From Planctomycetaceae bacterium (GTDB lineage: Bacteria > Planctomycetota > Planctomycetia > Pirellulales > UBA1268): DNA of 40,129 nt. The translations under genes were made by a program, and so were the position numbers. Position 1 is the stretch's first letter, and every line of letters starts with the position of its first letter. The stretch lies in assembly GCA_005773625.1 (NCBI GenBank), contig SXHR01000078.1, positions 1 to 40,129 on the forward strand, written 5' to 3'. Below the pieces are notes generated by a model. It worked only from the letters and a program-made list of their open reading frames with translations, did no database searches and was not told the origin of the DNA. Below, in pieces: positions 1 through 8,884 of this stretch.

Positions 1-400
1 GGGTGGCGACGAGCGTCTTCCCCTCGCCCGTGATCATCTCCGCGATGGCGCCCGAGTGGAGCACCATCCCACCGATCAGCTGCACGTCGTAGTGCCGCAT
101 CCCGAGAAACCGCCTGCCTCCCTCACGGCAGACGGCGAACGCCTCGACCAGGATGTCGTCGAGCGTTTCGCCGGCGGCGAGCCGCCGGCGAAACTCGGCC
201 GTCTGGCCCCGGAGCTCCGCATCGCTCATCGCCTGATACTTCGGCTCGAGCGAGTTGATGGCGTCGATCTTGGGCTCGAGCCGCCGCAGATAGCGGGCGT
301 TCGAGGAGCCGAACAGGCCGGTCAGGAACCGCTCCAGGCGGGTGCCCGCACCGGCGGCACCGTTGGAGATGGTTTCCCAGAGGCGTTCGAGCTGTTCCAT
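1..400 (-). CDS. secA: Preprotein translocase subunit SecA, N-terminal part (runs off window edge)
   Basis: Manual translation from ATG at 400: [13 protein letters not shown]...[57 protein letters not shown], the SecA Walker A region. Absent from the ORF track because it is truncated. Confidence 0.97.
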   Translation of the reverse strand, partial: MEQLERLWETISNGAAGAGTRLERFLTGLFGSSNARYLRRLEPKIDAINSLEPKYQAMSDAELRGQTAEFRRRLAAGETLDDILVEAFAVCREGGRRFLGMRHYDVQLIGGMVLHSGAIAEMITGEGKTLVAT

Positions 401-597
401 AGGAAATGAACCGGGGGCTGGGGAGTGTGGTGCGGGATTGGCGCAGCGGCAAACCTCCGCCGGGCGGAGCCGGGCGGCGGGCGACTGGGGCAGGCGGGCC
501 TGCGACTTTCTGATTCTCGCGGTCGGACGTCGCGGGGGTCAAGGCTGTCTGGAGGCTGGTTCCGGGTGCGCCAATGGTGCGGCCGGCCGATCCACCC

Positions 598-603
598 GAT
601 AAT
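598..603 (+). promoter_or_regulatory. Possible -10 element (GATAAT) 7 nt before the ATG at 611; leaderless-type start
   Basis: gataat-ccgtcgc-ATG with no Shine-Dalgarno sequence. Confidence 0.35.
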
Positions 604-610
604 CCGTCGC

Positions 611-1447
611 ATGCCGCCGACCGACCATCAGCTCCCCGCGCCCGTGAAACCACCGCTCGGCGTGGGTCGTGATCTGACGGGCAGGCTGCTCTTCCTGGGC
701 ACCGGCACGAGCGTCGGCGTGCCGCTGGTGGGCTGCGGCTGCGACACCTGCGCAAGCGACGATCCGCGAGACAAGCGCACCCGAACGAGCGTGCTGCTCG
801 GGCTCCCCGACGGACACCTGCTGATCGACACGACTCCCGACCTCCGCGCGCAGCTCCTCCGCGAGCGGATCGGCAGGATCGACGCGGTGCTCTACACGCA
901 CGATCACGTCGACCACGTCTACGGTCTCGACGACGTGCGGCCGCTCTGCTTCGCGACCGGCCGTGCCATCCCGCTGCATTGCGAAGAACGGGTCGAGACC
1001 CGGATCCGGCGGGCTTTCGACTACGCCTTCTCCGCGACGCCCCCGCCGGGTGGCGGCGTGCCGAAGATCGTGTTCGAGCGGATCTCGACGGTGCCTTTCG
1101 AACTCCTGGGAGCGCGTGTCCTGCCGCTGCGGCTGCGGCACGGCGTGTCTGACGTGCTCGGCTTTCGCTTCGGCAACGTGGCCTACTGCACCGACACCAA
1201 CGGGATTCCCGACGAGACCTGGCCGCTGCTCGAGGGCCTCGACGTGCTGGTGCTCGATTGCCTGCGGCCGTCGCGGCACCCGACGCATCTCTCGATCGAC
1301 GAGGCTCTCGCCGTGGCGGCCCGCTCGGCCGCGAAGCAGACCTTGCTCATTCACATGTCGCACGACGTGCGGCATGCGTCAGCCTCGGCGACGCTGCCGC
1401 CGGGCGTGGCGTTTGCACACGACGGCCTCGAGATTCCGCTCACGTAG
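611..1447 (+). CDS. MBL-fold metallo-hydrolase, PhnP/YycJ-like phosphodiesterase
   Basis: FLGTGTSVGVPLVGCGCDTC, LIDTTPDLRAQLL, THDHVDHVYGLDD (HxHxDH), YCTD, HMSH motifs; start chosen at ATG 611. Confidence 0.9.
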   Translation: MPPTDHQLPAPVKPPLGVGRDLTGRLLFLGTGTSVGVPLVGCGCDTCASDDPRDKRTRTSVLLGLPDGHLLIDTTPDLRAQLLRERIGRIDAVLYTHDHVDHVYGLDDVRPLCFATGRAIPLHCEERVETRIRRAFDYAFSATPPPGGGVPKIVFERISTVPFELLGARVLPLRLRHGVSDVLGFRFGNVAYCTDTNGIPDETWPLLEGLDVLVLDCLRPSRHPTHLSIDEALAVAARSAAKQTLLIHMSHDVRHASASATLPPGVAFAHDGLEIPLT

Positions 1448-1499
1448 CACAATCTGGCGGCACGGTCCGGACCGAGCAGAATCTGGACCATGTCCGCCT

Positions 1500-1532
1500 G
1501 AGCAGGATGCGAGGATCATCGGCCGGTGAAAC
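1500..1532 (+). repeat. 33-bp intergenic element, copy 1
   Basis: gagcaggatgcgaggatcatcggccggtgaaac; 31/33 identical to the reverse complement of 7603-7635. Confidence 0.85.
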
Positions 1533-1653
1533 GGGGTTTCGTCGCGGTTCCGCCGCCTGGCGGAAAGCCGTCACCTGCGCGAGCGTCGTTGCCATCGACC
1601 CGAAGGCTATGATGCCCCTTTCATCATGGCCGCCCGGCTACCGTAGGGGTTCT

Positions 1654-2709
1654 ATGAACCATCAACCTTCCGACATCGAGCGGCAGATCGAGTTCGACTT
1701 CCTCCGTGCCACCGAAATCGCGGCCCTCAACACGCTCCGCTGGCTCGGCAAGGGACAGAAGGAACTCGCCGACGCCGCCGCCTGCGACGCGATCCGCGGC
1801 ATGTTCGATCTGATCGACATGCGGGGGGAGATCACGATCGGCGAGGGCATCAAGGACGAGGCACCGGGGCTCTTCAAGGGTGAAAAAGTCGGCTCTTGGC
1901 GGGAGGGCGCCCCGCGGTTCGAGATCGCGCTCGACCCCATCGACGGCACCACCCACGTCGCCAAGGGAATGCCCAACTCGCTCTCCTGCATCGCCGCGGC
2001 CCATGCCGACGGGGCCGATTCGCCGTGCCTGCTCGACATTCCTGCCTTCTACATGAAGAAGCTCGCCTATCCGCTGGCCGTGCGGAAGGCGTGGATCCGC
2101 GACCCGAAACTGCCCATCGACGTCGATGCTCCGATCGACGAGTTGATCGACGCCACGGCCCGGATCCTCGGCAAGGAGGTCCGCGACGTGATGGTCTGCA
2201 TCCTCGACCGGGAACGGAACCAGCCGCTCGTCGAGGAGATCCGCCGTAAGGGGGCCGCGCTCCGCATGATCCAGGACGGTGACATCGCCGCCGCCGTCGC
2301 GCCGGCGATGATGACCAGCGACATCGACCTCTACCTCGGCATCGGCGGCGCCCCCGAGGCGGTGCTCTCCGCCGCCGGATTGCGGTGCCTCGGCGGCGGA
2401 ATGCGGGCGAAAATCTGGCCGCGGGACGAGGCCGAGCGGAGCCACCTCGTGAGCATCGGCTGGGGTGACCGGCTCGACACGCAGTTCATGTCGCGGGACC
2501 TGGCCAGCGGGGACCACATCGTCTTCGCGGCCACGGGCATCAGTACGAGCCCGCTCCTCGAGGGCGTGAGCGTTCGCGGCACCGTGGCCACGACCCACTC
2601 TGTGCTCATGCGGGCCAAGAGCGGCACCGTCAGGTTCATCGAGGCCCATCACGACCTCTCGCGAAAGACCATCCACCTGCGGAGCACCCAGGCAGAACGC
2701 AGGATCTGA
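1654..2709 (+). CDS. glpX: Class II fructose-1,6-bisphosphatase (GlpX family)
   Basis: RATEIAAL, GKGQKELADAAA, IGEGIKDEAPGL, LDPIDGT, YMKKL, IQDGD, GIGGAPEAVLSAA, FAATG motifs; start at MNHQPSD. Confidence 0.93.
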   Translation: MNHQPSDIERQIEFDFLRATEIAALNTLRWLGKGQKELADAAACDAIRGMFDLIDMRGEITIGEGIKDEAPGLFKGEKVGSWREGAPRFEIALDPIDGTTHVAKGMPNSLSCIAAAHADGADSPCLLDIPAFYMKKLAYPLAVRKAWIRDPKLPIDVDAPIDELIDATARILGKEVRDVMVCILDRERNQPLVEEIRRKGAALRMIQDGDIAAAVAPAMMTSDIDLYLGIGGAPEAVLSAAGLRCLGGGMRAKIWPRDEAERSHLVSIGWGDRLDTQFMSRDLASGDHIVFAATGISTSPLLEGVSVRGTVATTHSVLMRAKSGTVRFIEAHHDLSRKTIHLRSTQAERRI

Positions 2710-2770
2710 GCCCAGGCACGATCCGCGGGCGTTCCGGCGGGTCGGGGCGATCCCCCGCGACAGTCCGCGG

Positions 2771-3874
2771 TCAGGAGGGGGCTGTCTCGTGCGACATCGT
2801 GGCGAATCGTTCGAGCAGGCGGGTGGCGGCGGTCGAGTCGATCGCCGCCTCGGCCATCCCGCGGGCGGCGGGCTTGTCGGCGGCCCGGCCCGCGGCCCAG
2901 AGCACCGCCGCGGCGTTGAGCACGACCACGTCGCGGCGCGGGCCGCGGGATCCGGAGAGCACGTCGCGGATCGCCGCCGCGCTCTCCCCGGGCCCGGCGA
3001 CGTCGAGTTCGGCGGTTGCCGATGCGGGGAGTGTCTCGAGGCCGAAGTCCTCGGGCTTCCATTGCGATCGTGAGATCCCGGTCGCGGCCACGTCGAGCAC
3101 GTCCGTGGGGCCGAACAGGCTCACTTCGTCGAAGGCCCTCGAGTCGTCGGTGCCGATCCGGCCTGAGACCACCAGCGTTCGTTCGGCACCGAGCAGCCGG
3201 GCGGCTTCGGCCATCGGCTCGCGGGCCGATGGTCGGCCCACCCCGATCACCTGCACGGTGGCCCCGGCCGGGTTGCAGAGCGGGCCGACGAGGTTGAATA
3301 CGGTCGGCCGCGCCAATGAACGGCGGAGCGGGCCGACGCGGGCCATCGCCGGATGATGCGTCGGCGCGAGGCAGAAGCAGAGACCGAGTTCGGCGAGACA
3401 GCGGCCGCTCGTCGTCGCATCGGCGTCGATCCTCACCCCCAACCGTTCGAGGACGTCTGCCGACCCGGTGCGGCTCGAGATCGCGCGGTTGCCGTGCTTG
3501 GCCACGGGCTGACCCGCCGCGGCGACCACGATGCCCGCCGCGGTCGAGATGTTGAACGATCCGGAGCCGTCGCCACCGGTTCCGCAGGTGTCGGCGACGG
3601 TGGCCGTCGCCGCGCGGCCCCGCCGCGGCACGGGCAGCATGCACTTCCGCAGGGCCATGGCCACGCCGGCGATCTCCGCCGCGGATTCGCCGAGGTCGGC
3701 GAGGGCCACGAGCCATTCGCCGAACGCCGCGGGCTCGATTTCTCCGGCCAGCACGGCCCAGATCAGGCGGCTGACATCCTCCCGCGCGGCGTGGTGGCCC
3801 GCGCGGAGCATCGAGGTCGAGGAGGCGAGTTCCGCGAGTGGCCGCCGGAAGTCAGTGTCGTTGTCGTGAGCCAC
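2771..3874 (-). CDS. trpD: Anthranilate phosphoribosyltransferase
   Basis: DTCGTGGDGSGSFNIST, VAKHGNRAISSRTGSADVLE, HPAM, TVFNLVGPLCNP, DE, VVLNAA. Confidence 0.95.
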   Translation of the reverse strand: MAHDNDTDFRRPLAELASSTSMLRAGHHAAREDVSRLIWAVLAGEIEPAAFGEWLVALADLGESAAEIAGVAMALRKCMLPVPRRGRAATATVADTCGTGGDGSGSFNISTAAGIVVAAAGQPVAKHGNRAISSRTGSADVLERLGVRIDADATTSGRCLAELGLCFCLAPTHHPAMARVGPLRRSLARPTVFNLVGPLCNPAGATVQVIGVGRPSAREPMAEAARLLGAERTLVVSGRIGTDDSRAFDEVSLFGPTDVLDVAATGISRSQWKPEDFGLETLPASATAELDVAGPGESAAAIRDVLSGSRGPRRDVVVLNAAAVLWAAGRAADKPAARGMAEAAIDSTAATRLLERFATMSHETAPS

Positions 3875-4005
3875 GTGAATGCAGCCTCGGCGATCCGGAG
3901 GGGGGCCCGATCGGCCGTTTTCCGTTAGGATTTCACCGCAGGTCGGACGGGCCGTCCGTCCCCGGCATCCCCAAAGCCTACCTCACGCCCGCACCGGAGA
4001 GCGTT

Positions 4006-4947
4006 TTGCAGCCCCGCAAGGTGATCATCGACTGCGACCCCGGCATCGACGACGCCGTGGCCCTGCTCCTGGCCCTCTTCGACCCACGACTCGAGGTGCT
4101 GGCCGTCACGGCGGTGGGGGGCAGCGTCGGGGCGGAGCAGGCGACCGCCAACGTCCAGTCGCTGGTGTCGTTCCTCGATCCGCCCCGGCTGCCGAGGTTC
4201 GGCGTCGCCCCAGCCGACGTCGTTCCTGCCGAGACGCCTTACAGCTTGCACGGTCCTGGCGGCCTCGGCGGCGCCGAGCTGCCGCGGGTGCAGTTGCACG
4301 GCGGCCATGCCTCCGAGAAGGTGATCTGGGAATGCCTCAAGGCCAATCCGAGGGAGGTCACGATCCTCGCGCTCGGTCCCCTGACCAACATCGCCCGCGT
4401 CTTCACGCGGGATCCCTCGATCGTGGCGCTCGTCGGTGGCCTCGTGATCTCCGGCGGCACAGCCCACGCGACGGGCAACGCGAGCCCGGTGGCCGACTTC
4501 AACTTCTTCTGTGACCCGCAGGCGGCCCGCCACGTGATCCGCGAGCCGGTCGCGAAGACGGTCGTGCCGCTGGAGACCTCATCGCAGTTGCTGTTCGGGT
4601 TCGACCTGCTCGAGCGGCTGCCGCGGGAGTTTTCCCGGGCTGGGAAACTGCTGCGGCAGATGCTCCCCCATGCCTTTCGGGCCCACCGGCAGATCCTGGG
4701 CAGCGAAGGCATCTGGCTGCACGACGTCGTCGCCCTCGTGGCGGCCACGAACCCGGAGCTCTTCGAGCGGGTGACGGTCGCCGCCGACGTGGAGACCGCC
4801 GGCGAGATCACCGCCGGCATGCTCGTCGTCGATCGCCGCCAGAACCGCTCGCAGCGCGGTCACCTCGACCTGCTCGTCGGCTGCGACGCCACCGCCGTCA
4901 CCGACTGCATTCTTCGGGGATTCGCCGCCGCCGCGGATGCCACCTGA
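4006..4947 (+). CDS. Inosine/uridine-preferring nucleoside hydrolase family protein
   Basis: IIDCDPGIDDAVAL, LGPLTNIA, GNASPVADFNFFCDPQAA, LHD; probable TTG start at 4006 after GGAGA. Confidence 0.9.
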   Translation: MQPRKVIIDCDPGIDDAVALLLALFDPRLEVLAVTAVGGSVGAEQATANVQSLVSFLDPPRLPRFGVAPADVVPAETPYSLHGPGGLGGAELPRVQLHGGHASEKVIWECLKANPREVTILALGPLTNIARVFTRDPSIVALVGGLVISGGTAHATGNASPVADFNFFCDPQAARHVIREPVAKTVVPLETSSQLLFGFDLLERLPREFSRAGKLLRQMLPHAFRAHRQILGSEGIWLHDVVALVAATNPELFERVTVAADVETAGEITAGMLVVDRRQNRSQRGHLDLLVGCDATAVTDCILRGFAAAADAT

Positions 4948-5021
4948 CAACGGCGTCCACGGTCGGCCTCCGGGCCGGCGATCCGCCGCAGCCGATGGCT
5001 TTCGGGGGGTGTTCGCCCGGG

Positions 5022-6200
5022 CTACTCGAAGTCCTTGCGGCTGGCGACCTTCATCCGCAGCGCCATCCGCTCACGGTCGCGAAAGATTCCGAGTTCGATC
5101 GTGCTGTCGAGCGGCGTCATGCCGACGAGGCTCATGAGGTGGTCGTCATCCTCGACCGGCTTCCCCTCGAACTCCAGGATCACGTCGTCGGGCCGGATGC
5201 CCGCGAGGTCGGCGGGGGCGCCGCGGGTCACCATTTCGACGCGACTGCCCACGGGCCGCAGCATGCCGAGACGGTCGGCCTCCTGCTGATCGAACTTCTT
5301 GTCGAGTGCGACGCCCAGATAGGCGCGTGGCACCGTGCCGAGTTCCACCAGCTGCCGGGCCACGAACATCACCATCGGGATCGGGATCGCGAAGCCGATC
5401 CCCTCGCTGCCCCCCGAGTTGCTCGCGATCGCGGTGTTGAGCCCCACCACCTCGCCCCGCAGATTGACGAGCGGACCGCCCGAGTTTCCGGGGTTGATCG
5501 CGGCGTCGGTCTGGATGATGTCCTGAAACTTCACGTTGCCGTCGCCGAGATCGAGGTCGCGTCGGCCCTTGGCCGACACGATCCCGAGCGTCACGGAGTG
5601 AGAAAGGCCGAACGGGCTGCCGATGGCGAGCACGGTGTCGCCGATCCGCAGCGTGTCGCCCTCGGCGAGCCGCGCAGGCTGCAGGTCGTCCGCCTCGATG
5701 GCCAGCACCGCGATGTCGGTTCCCGGGTCGGACCAGAGTCGCGTGGGGCGAAGCTCGCGGCCGTCGTCGAGCCGGACCGCGATGTCTTCGAGGGCCGCGC
5801 GGTTGACCACATGGCGGTTGGTGATCACGGCCGTCACCCCCGCCACCTGGGCGATCACGCCCGACCCGGCCTCGTCCTCGGTCGTCCTGCCGCCGCGGGG
5901 CCGTGACATCGGCTTGGTGGCGTCGATGTGCACGACGGCGGGGCGGAGCAGATCCGTGAGCCGCCGCAACTGCCGGCCCTGCAGTTCGAGCACCTCCGCA
6001 TCGCGGGCCGCCTGCTCGTAGAGCCGCTCCCGCTCAGCCGCCGAGATCCGCACCGTCCGCATCGGATCGACGCGTTCGGTGCGGCGATCGACTGCGGGAC
6101 CGACGGGAGTCAGCGGCGGCTCGTCGGCGACCGCATGCGCGAAGACCAGCAGCAGGGACGTGACGGCAAGGACGGCCGGCGGGAAGCCACGACGGATCAT
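5022..6200 (-). CDS. HtrA/DegS-like serine protease with one PDZ domain and a signal peptide
   Basis: Triad motifs TNRHVV, TDIAVL, IQTDAAINPGNSGGPL; IGSPFGL; C-terminal PDZ (PADLAGIRPDDVI). Confidence 0.93.
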   Translation of the reverse strand: MIRRGFPPAVLAVTSLLLVFAHAVADEPPLTPVGPAVDRRTERVDPMRTVRISAAERERLYEQAARDAEVLELQGRQLRRLTDLLRPAVVHIDATKPMSRPRGGRTTEDEAGSGVIAQVAGVTAVITNRHVVNRAALEDIAVRLDDGRELRPTRLWSDPGTDIAVLAIEADDLQPARLAEGDTLRIGDTVLAIGSPFGLSHSVTLGIVSAKGRRDLDLGDGNVKFQDIIQTDAAINPGNSGGPLVNLRGEVVGLNTAIASNSGGSEGIGFAIPIPMVMFVARQLVELGTVPRAYLGVALDKKFDQQEADRLGMLRPVGSRVEMVTRGAPADLAGIRPDDVILEFEGKPVEDDDHLMSLVGMTPLDSTIELGIFRDRERMALRMKVASRKDFE

Positions 6201-6204
6201 GAAA

Positions 6205-6242
6205 CACTCGCAGGAAGTGAGAGGCCCGAAGGCTTCAGCATA
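6205..6242 (-). promoter_or_regulatory. Putative -10 (TATGCT) and leader motif of the htrA-like gene, shared with the ALDH leader
   Basis: Minus strand tatgctgaagcct...cttcctgcgagtg, compared with tatcctgaagcct...cttcccgcgagtg at 18262-18294. Confidence 0.45.
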
Positions 6243-6255
6243 TCCCGGGCGGGTT

Positions 6256-6684
6256 TCAGAGTTCCAATTCGCCGCTCACCGTCTCCTCGCCGGCCTCCTC
6301 CTCCACATTGGCGCGCTGCGGGAACCCGCCGGAGCCCGACCGCTCCAGCTCACGCTGGCAGTCGATGCACACCGTGGCATAGGGCAGCGCGTTGAGGCGG
6401 GCCATCGGGATCCGGCCGCCGCACACCTCGCACTGGCCGTATTTTCCGTCCTTCATCCGCTCCAGCGCGTTTTCGATGCTCGCCAGTTCACGGCTCTCCA
6501 CCTCGGCCAACTGCGAACTGATCTCGTCCTGGGTCGAGTCATAGGCGGCATCGACCACGTCGCCCGGGGACTCGCTGCGGAGCTCCTTGAGGAGCGAGAG
6601 GTCGCCGGCCAGCGCGCTGCGGAGCGCGTCCCGCCGTTTGACGAGGATCGAGCGAAGATTCAGGAGGGATTCTTTGCGTGCCAT
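6256..6684 (-). CDS. dksA: DksA/TraR family C4 zinc-finger transcription factor
   Basis: Coiled coil with DVVDAA (DxxDxA) tip; YGQCEVCGGRIPMARLNALPYATVCIDCQ; start MARKES after AAGGA. Confidence 0.88.
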   Translation of the reverse strand: MARKESLLNLRSILVKRRDALRSALAGDLSLLKELRSESPGDVVDAAYDSTQDEISSQLAEVESRELASIENALERMKDGKYGQCEVCGGRIPMARLNALPYATVCIDCQRELERSGSGGFPQRANVEEEAGEETVSGELEL

Positions 6685-6716
6685 GGGTGCCGTTCCTTGC
6701 CCCGTCGGGGCGGTGG

Positions 6717-6743
6717 AAAAACGGCCGGTTGACGATCGGCCGC
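6717..6743 (-). terminator. Possible intrinsic terminator between the SOUL gene and dksA
   Basis: Minus strand gcggccg-atcgtcaac-cggccg-ttttt. Confidence 0.4.
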
Positions 6744-6856
6744 AATCCATACTACGGGGCTTGGGGAAGGATGGTTCATGGCAGGAAAATCGGCATGATT
6801 TGGGCCGGAAATGCAGTCAAACGCGGTCCTGACAGTTGGGGAAGAAGAGGGCGACT

Positions 6857-7504
6857 TTACGGCCCGACCGGTTTTGGGGCCGGCACGACGGGGATCTGCA
6901 CTTCGGCGTACTTCAGGACGCCGGGCACGAAGGGGCTGTTGTAGGCGAACGTCCGGGGAGGCCCGGCGGCGACCCACTCCGGATGCGCCGCCAGCCATTC
7001 GCGGAGCTTCTCCACGAAGCCCGCGAACCGATCCTCGCCGTAGGACCCGCGGACGCCGAGGGAGACGACCGTCATCTGCGGCACATCCTCCACGACCACG
7101 CCCGGGTCGGCCGGATCGGGCCCGACGACGCCCATGCGGGCGTCGCCGTAGAGAAAGGCCATCGATTCCGTCGCGGCACCCCCTCCGTCGCCGCGCTCCT
7201 CGTCCAGCACCATTTCGACGGGGGCGGTCATCGCGATCTCGTTCCGCTTGATGTGCCGGAAGAGCTTCATGAACGAGCCATCATTTCCGCGATCGCCGGA
7301 CGCCGCCCGCGCGAGCCGGTGGGCGGGGTATGTCTTCGTGATCACCTCGCCCACGGGGCCCGGTGACGGAAAGCCCGCGGGGAGCTTCGCCTCGGGGATC
7401 ATCATCGGTTTCCGCACGGCATCCTCCTCGGCGCCATGGGCGATGGAAGCCACGCCCACGGTGAACGCAATGATGAGCGGAGCGGCATGGCGCTGGAATG
7501 ACAC
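6857..7504 (-). CDS. SOUL heme-binding family protein, exported
   Basis: Signal peptide; FMKLFRHI, IAMTAPV, MAFLY, YNSPFVP motifs; GGAGG RBS before GTG. Confidence 0.82.
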   Translation of the reverse strand: MSFQRHAAPLIIAFTVGVASIAHGAEEDAVRKPMMIPEAKLPAGFPSPGPVGEVITKTYPAHRLARAASGDRGNDGSFMKLFRHIKRNEIAMTAPVEMVLDEERGDGGGAATESMAFLYGDARMGVVGPDPADPGVVVEDVPQMTVVSLGVRGSYGEDRFAGFVEKLREWLAAHPEWVAAGPPRTFAYNSPFVPGVLKYAEVQIPVVPAPKPVGP

Positions 7505-7602
7505 GGCAACCTCCGGGGGTGAACGCCCCGGGATTCTAGCCGTCCGTGGGCAAAGTCATCCATGACCTTCGTCCACTGGATCGGCCGGCCCAAACGCCGG
7601 GG

Positions 7603-7635
7603 GTTTCCCCGGCCGATGATCCGCGCATCCTGCTC
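7603..7635 (-). repeat. 33-bp intergenic element, copy 2
   Basis: Reverse complement is gagcaggatgcgcggatcatcggccggggaaac; two mismatches to copy 1. Confidence 0.85.
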
Positions 7636-7701
7636 GGACAGGCGCGTTCCACAGTCTGCCGGCCGCTTGCTCCAAGGGGGCATCCCGCCCGACCGTCACC
7701 C

Positions 7702-8871
7702 TCACGGGGGCCTCGAGAGCACGGCATTCACCGCGTCGAGAACCCGCCGGCCACCGAAGCCGGCGCGGGCCCAATCCTGGAGTCCGGCGTGATCGAAAGG
7801 CTCGTTCACCATCCGCGCAAACTCCGCTCCGGCCGCGGCCTCGTCCGCCGGAAGAAACACGCTGCCGGGCCCCGCGAGGTCGCGCATCGGCGGCTTGTCC
7901 CGGATCATCACGCGGCAGCCGCAACGCTGCGCCTCGAGCACGGGCAGGCCGAGGCCTTCGTCGAACGAGGGAAACAGGAGCGCCTTCGATTCCAGGAAGA
8001 GCCGGTGCACGGTGGCGGCGCTGGCCTGGGGGAACCATTCCACATGCCGCACCTGCAACGCCCTGAAGAAGTCCTTCAAATCCCGGTTGGAGCAACGCAC
8101 CCCGCCGTAGATGCTGACGGTGTCGATCGCATCCGCGGCTGCGTTGAGGATGGCCGGCATGACCGCCAGCCCCTTGCGGCGATCGAAGGGAGACGCCAGC
8201 ACGACCCGCGGCGGGCGTTCGTTGCGGGCCCGGGCCGCGGTGTCGTAGGAGGCTGGCAGCACGGGCGGCAAGGCCACCACCCGGGCGTGGTCAACGCCGA
8301 ACGCCCGCGCGTAGTCGTCGGCCGCCCGCGGACTGATGGCCAGCACGGCATCACAGTGATCCCGGTAGTGGACGAAGCCCCGCCGGTGCGCGCCGGCAAA
8401 AGCGAACGGCTTGTGCGGCCCTGGCATCGCGAAGACGTACTGGTTGGGCACCAGGTCGTAGACGACTCCCAGCACCCGGCAGGCCGGCAGTCGCGATTCG
8501 AAGTCCACCAGCCAGGGATTTCCGATGATGATCGAGTCGTAGCCCTCCATGGCCAGGTCGGACCCGATTCCGGTGCGCCAGCAGTCGGCCCGTCCGGCCG
8601 GCGCATCCCCCGAGATGCCGGCGGCGGACCGGAACACCTCCTCGGGCCGGCCCTGCAACACCGTCTCCGTCGCCTGCTCGTCGGGGCCGGCCTCGGGCCT
8701 CGGGAACAGATGAAACCAGCGCCGCTCACCCCCCGGCTCCCGTTCGAAGGCGATCCAGTCGACGCGGTGCTCCCGCGACAGCAGGGCGTGCAGCGCCAGG
8801 AGATAGGTGCGGACGCCGACGTGCAGCCGGAGAAAATCCGGTTCGACGACGATCGCGATCTTCTGCTGCAT
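7702..8871 (-). CDS. Glycosyltransferase family 4 (GT-B)
   Basis: VYDLVP, LAISPRAADD, RRKG, LLFPSFDEGLGLPVLEAQRCG (EX7E). Confidence 0.88.
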   Translation of the reverse strand: MQQKIAIVVEPDFLRLHVGVRTYLLALHALLSREHRVDWIAFEREPGGERRWFHLFPRPEAGPDEQATETVLQGRPEEVFRSAAGISGDAPAGRADCWRTGIGSDLAMEGYDSIIIGNPWLVDFESRLPACRVLGVVYDLVPNQYVFAMPGPHKPFAFAGAHRRGFVHYRDHCDAVLAISPRAADDYARAFGVDHARVVALPPVLPASYDTAARARNERPPRVVLASPFDRRKGLAVMPAILNAAADAIDTVSIYGGVRCSNRDLKDFFRALQVRHVEWFPQASAATVHRLFLESKALLFPSFDEGLGLPVLEAQRCGCRVMIRDKPPMRDLAGPGSVFLPADEAAAGAEFARMVNEPFDHAGLQDWARAGFGGRRVLDAVNAVLSRPP

Positions 8872-8884
8872 GGTGTCGAACCGC

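Noticed and set aside
581-594. 14-bp match (ggccggccgatcca) to the reverse complement of 7577-7590
   Set aside because: Short and GC-rich; such matches are expected by chance in 40 kb
1500-7635. Composite transposon bounded by the 33-bp inverted repeats
   Set aside because: No transposase or recombinase, no target-site duplication seen, and the cargo is housekeeping genes
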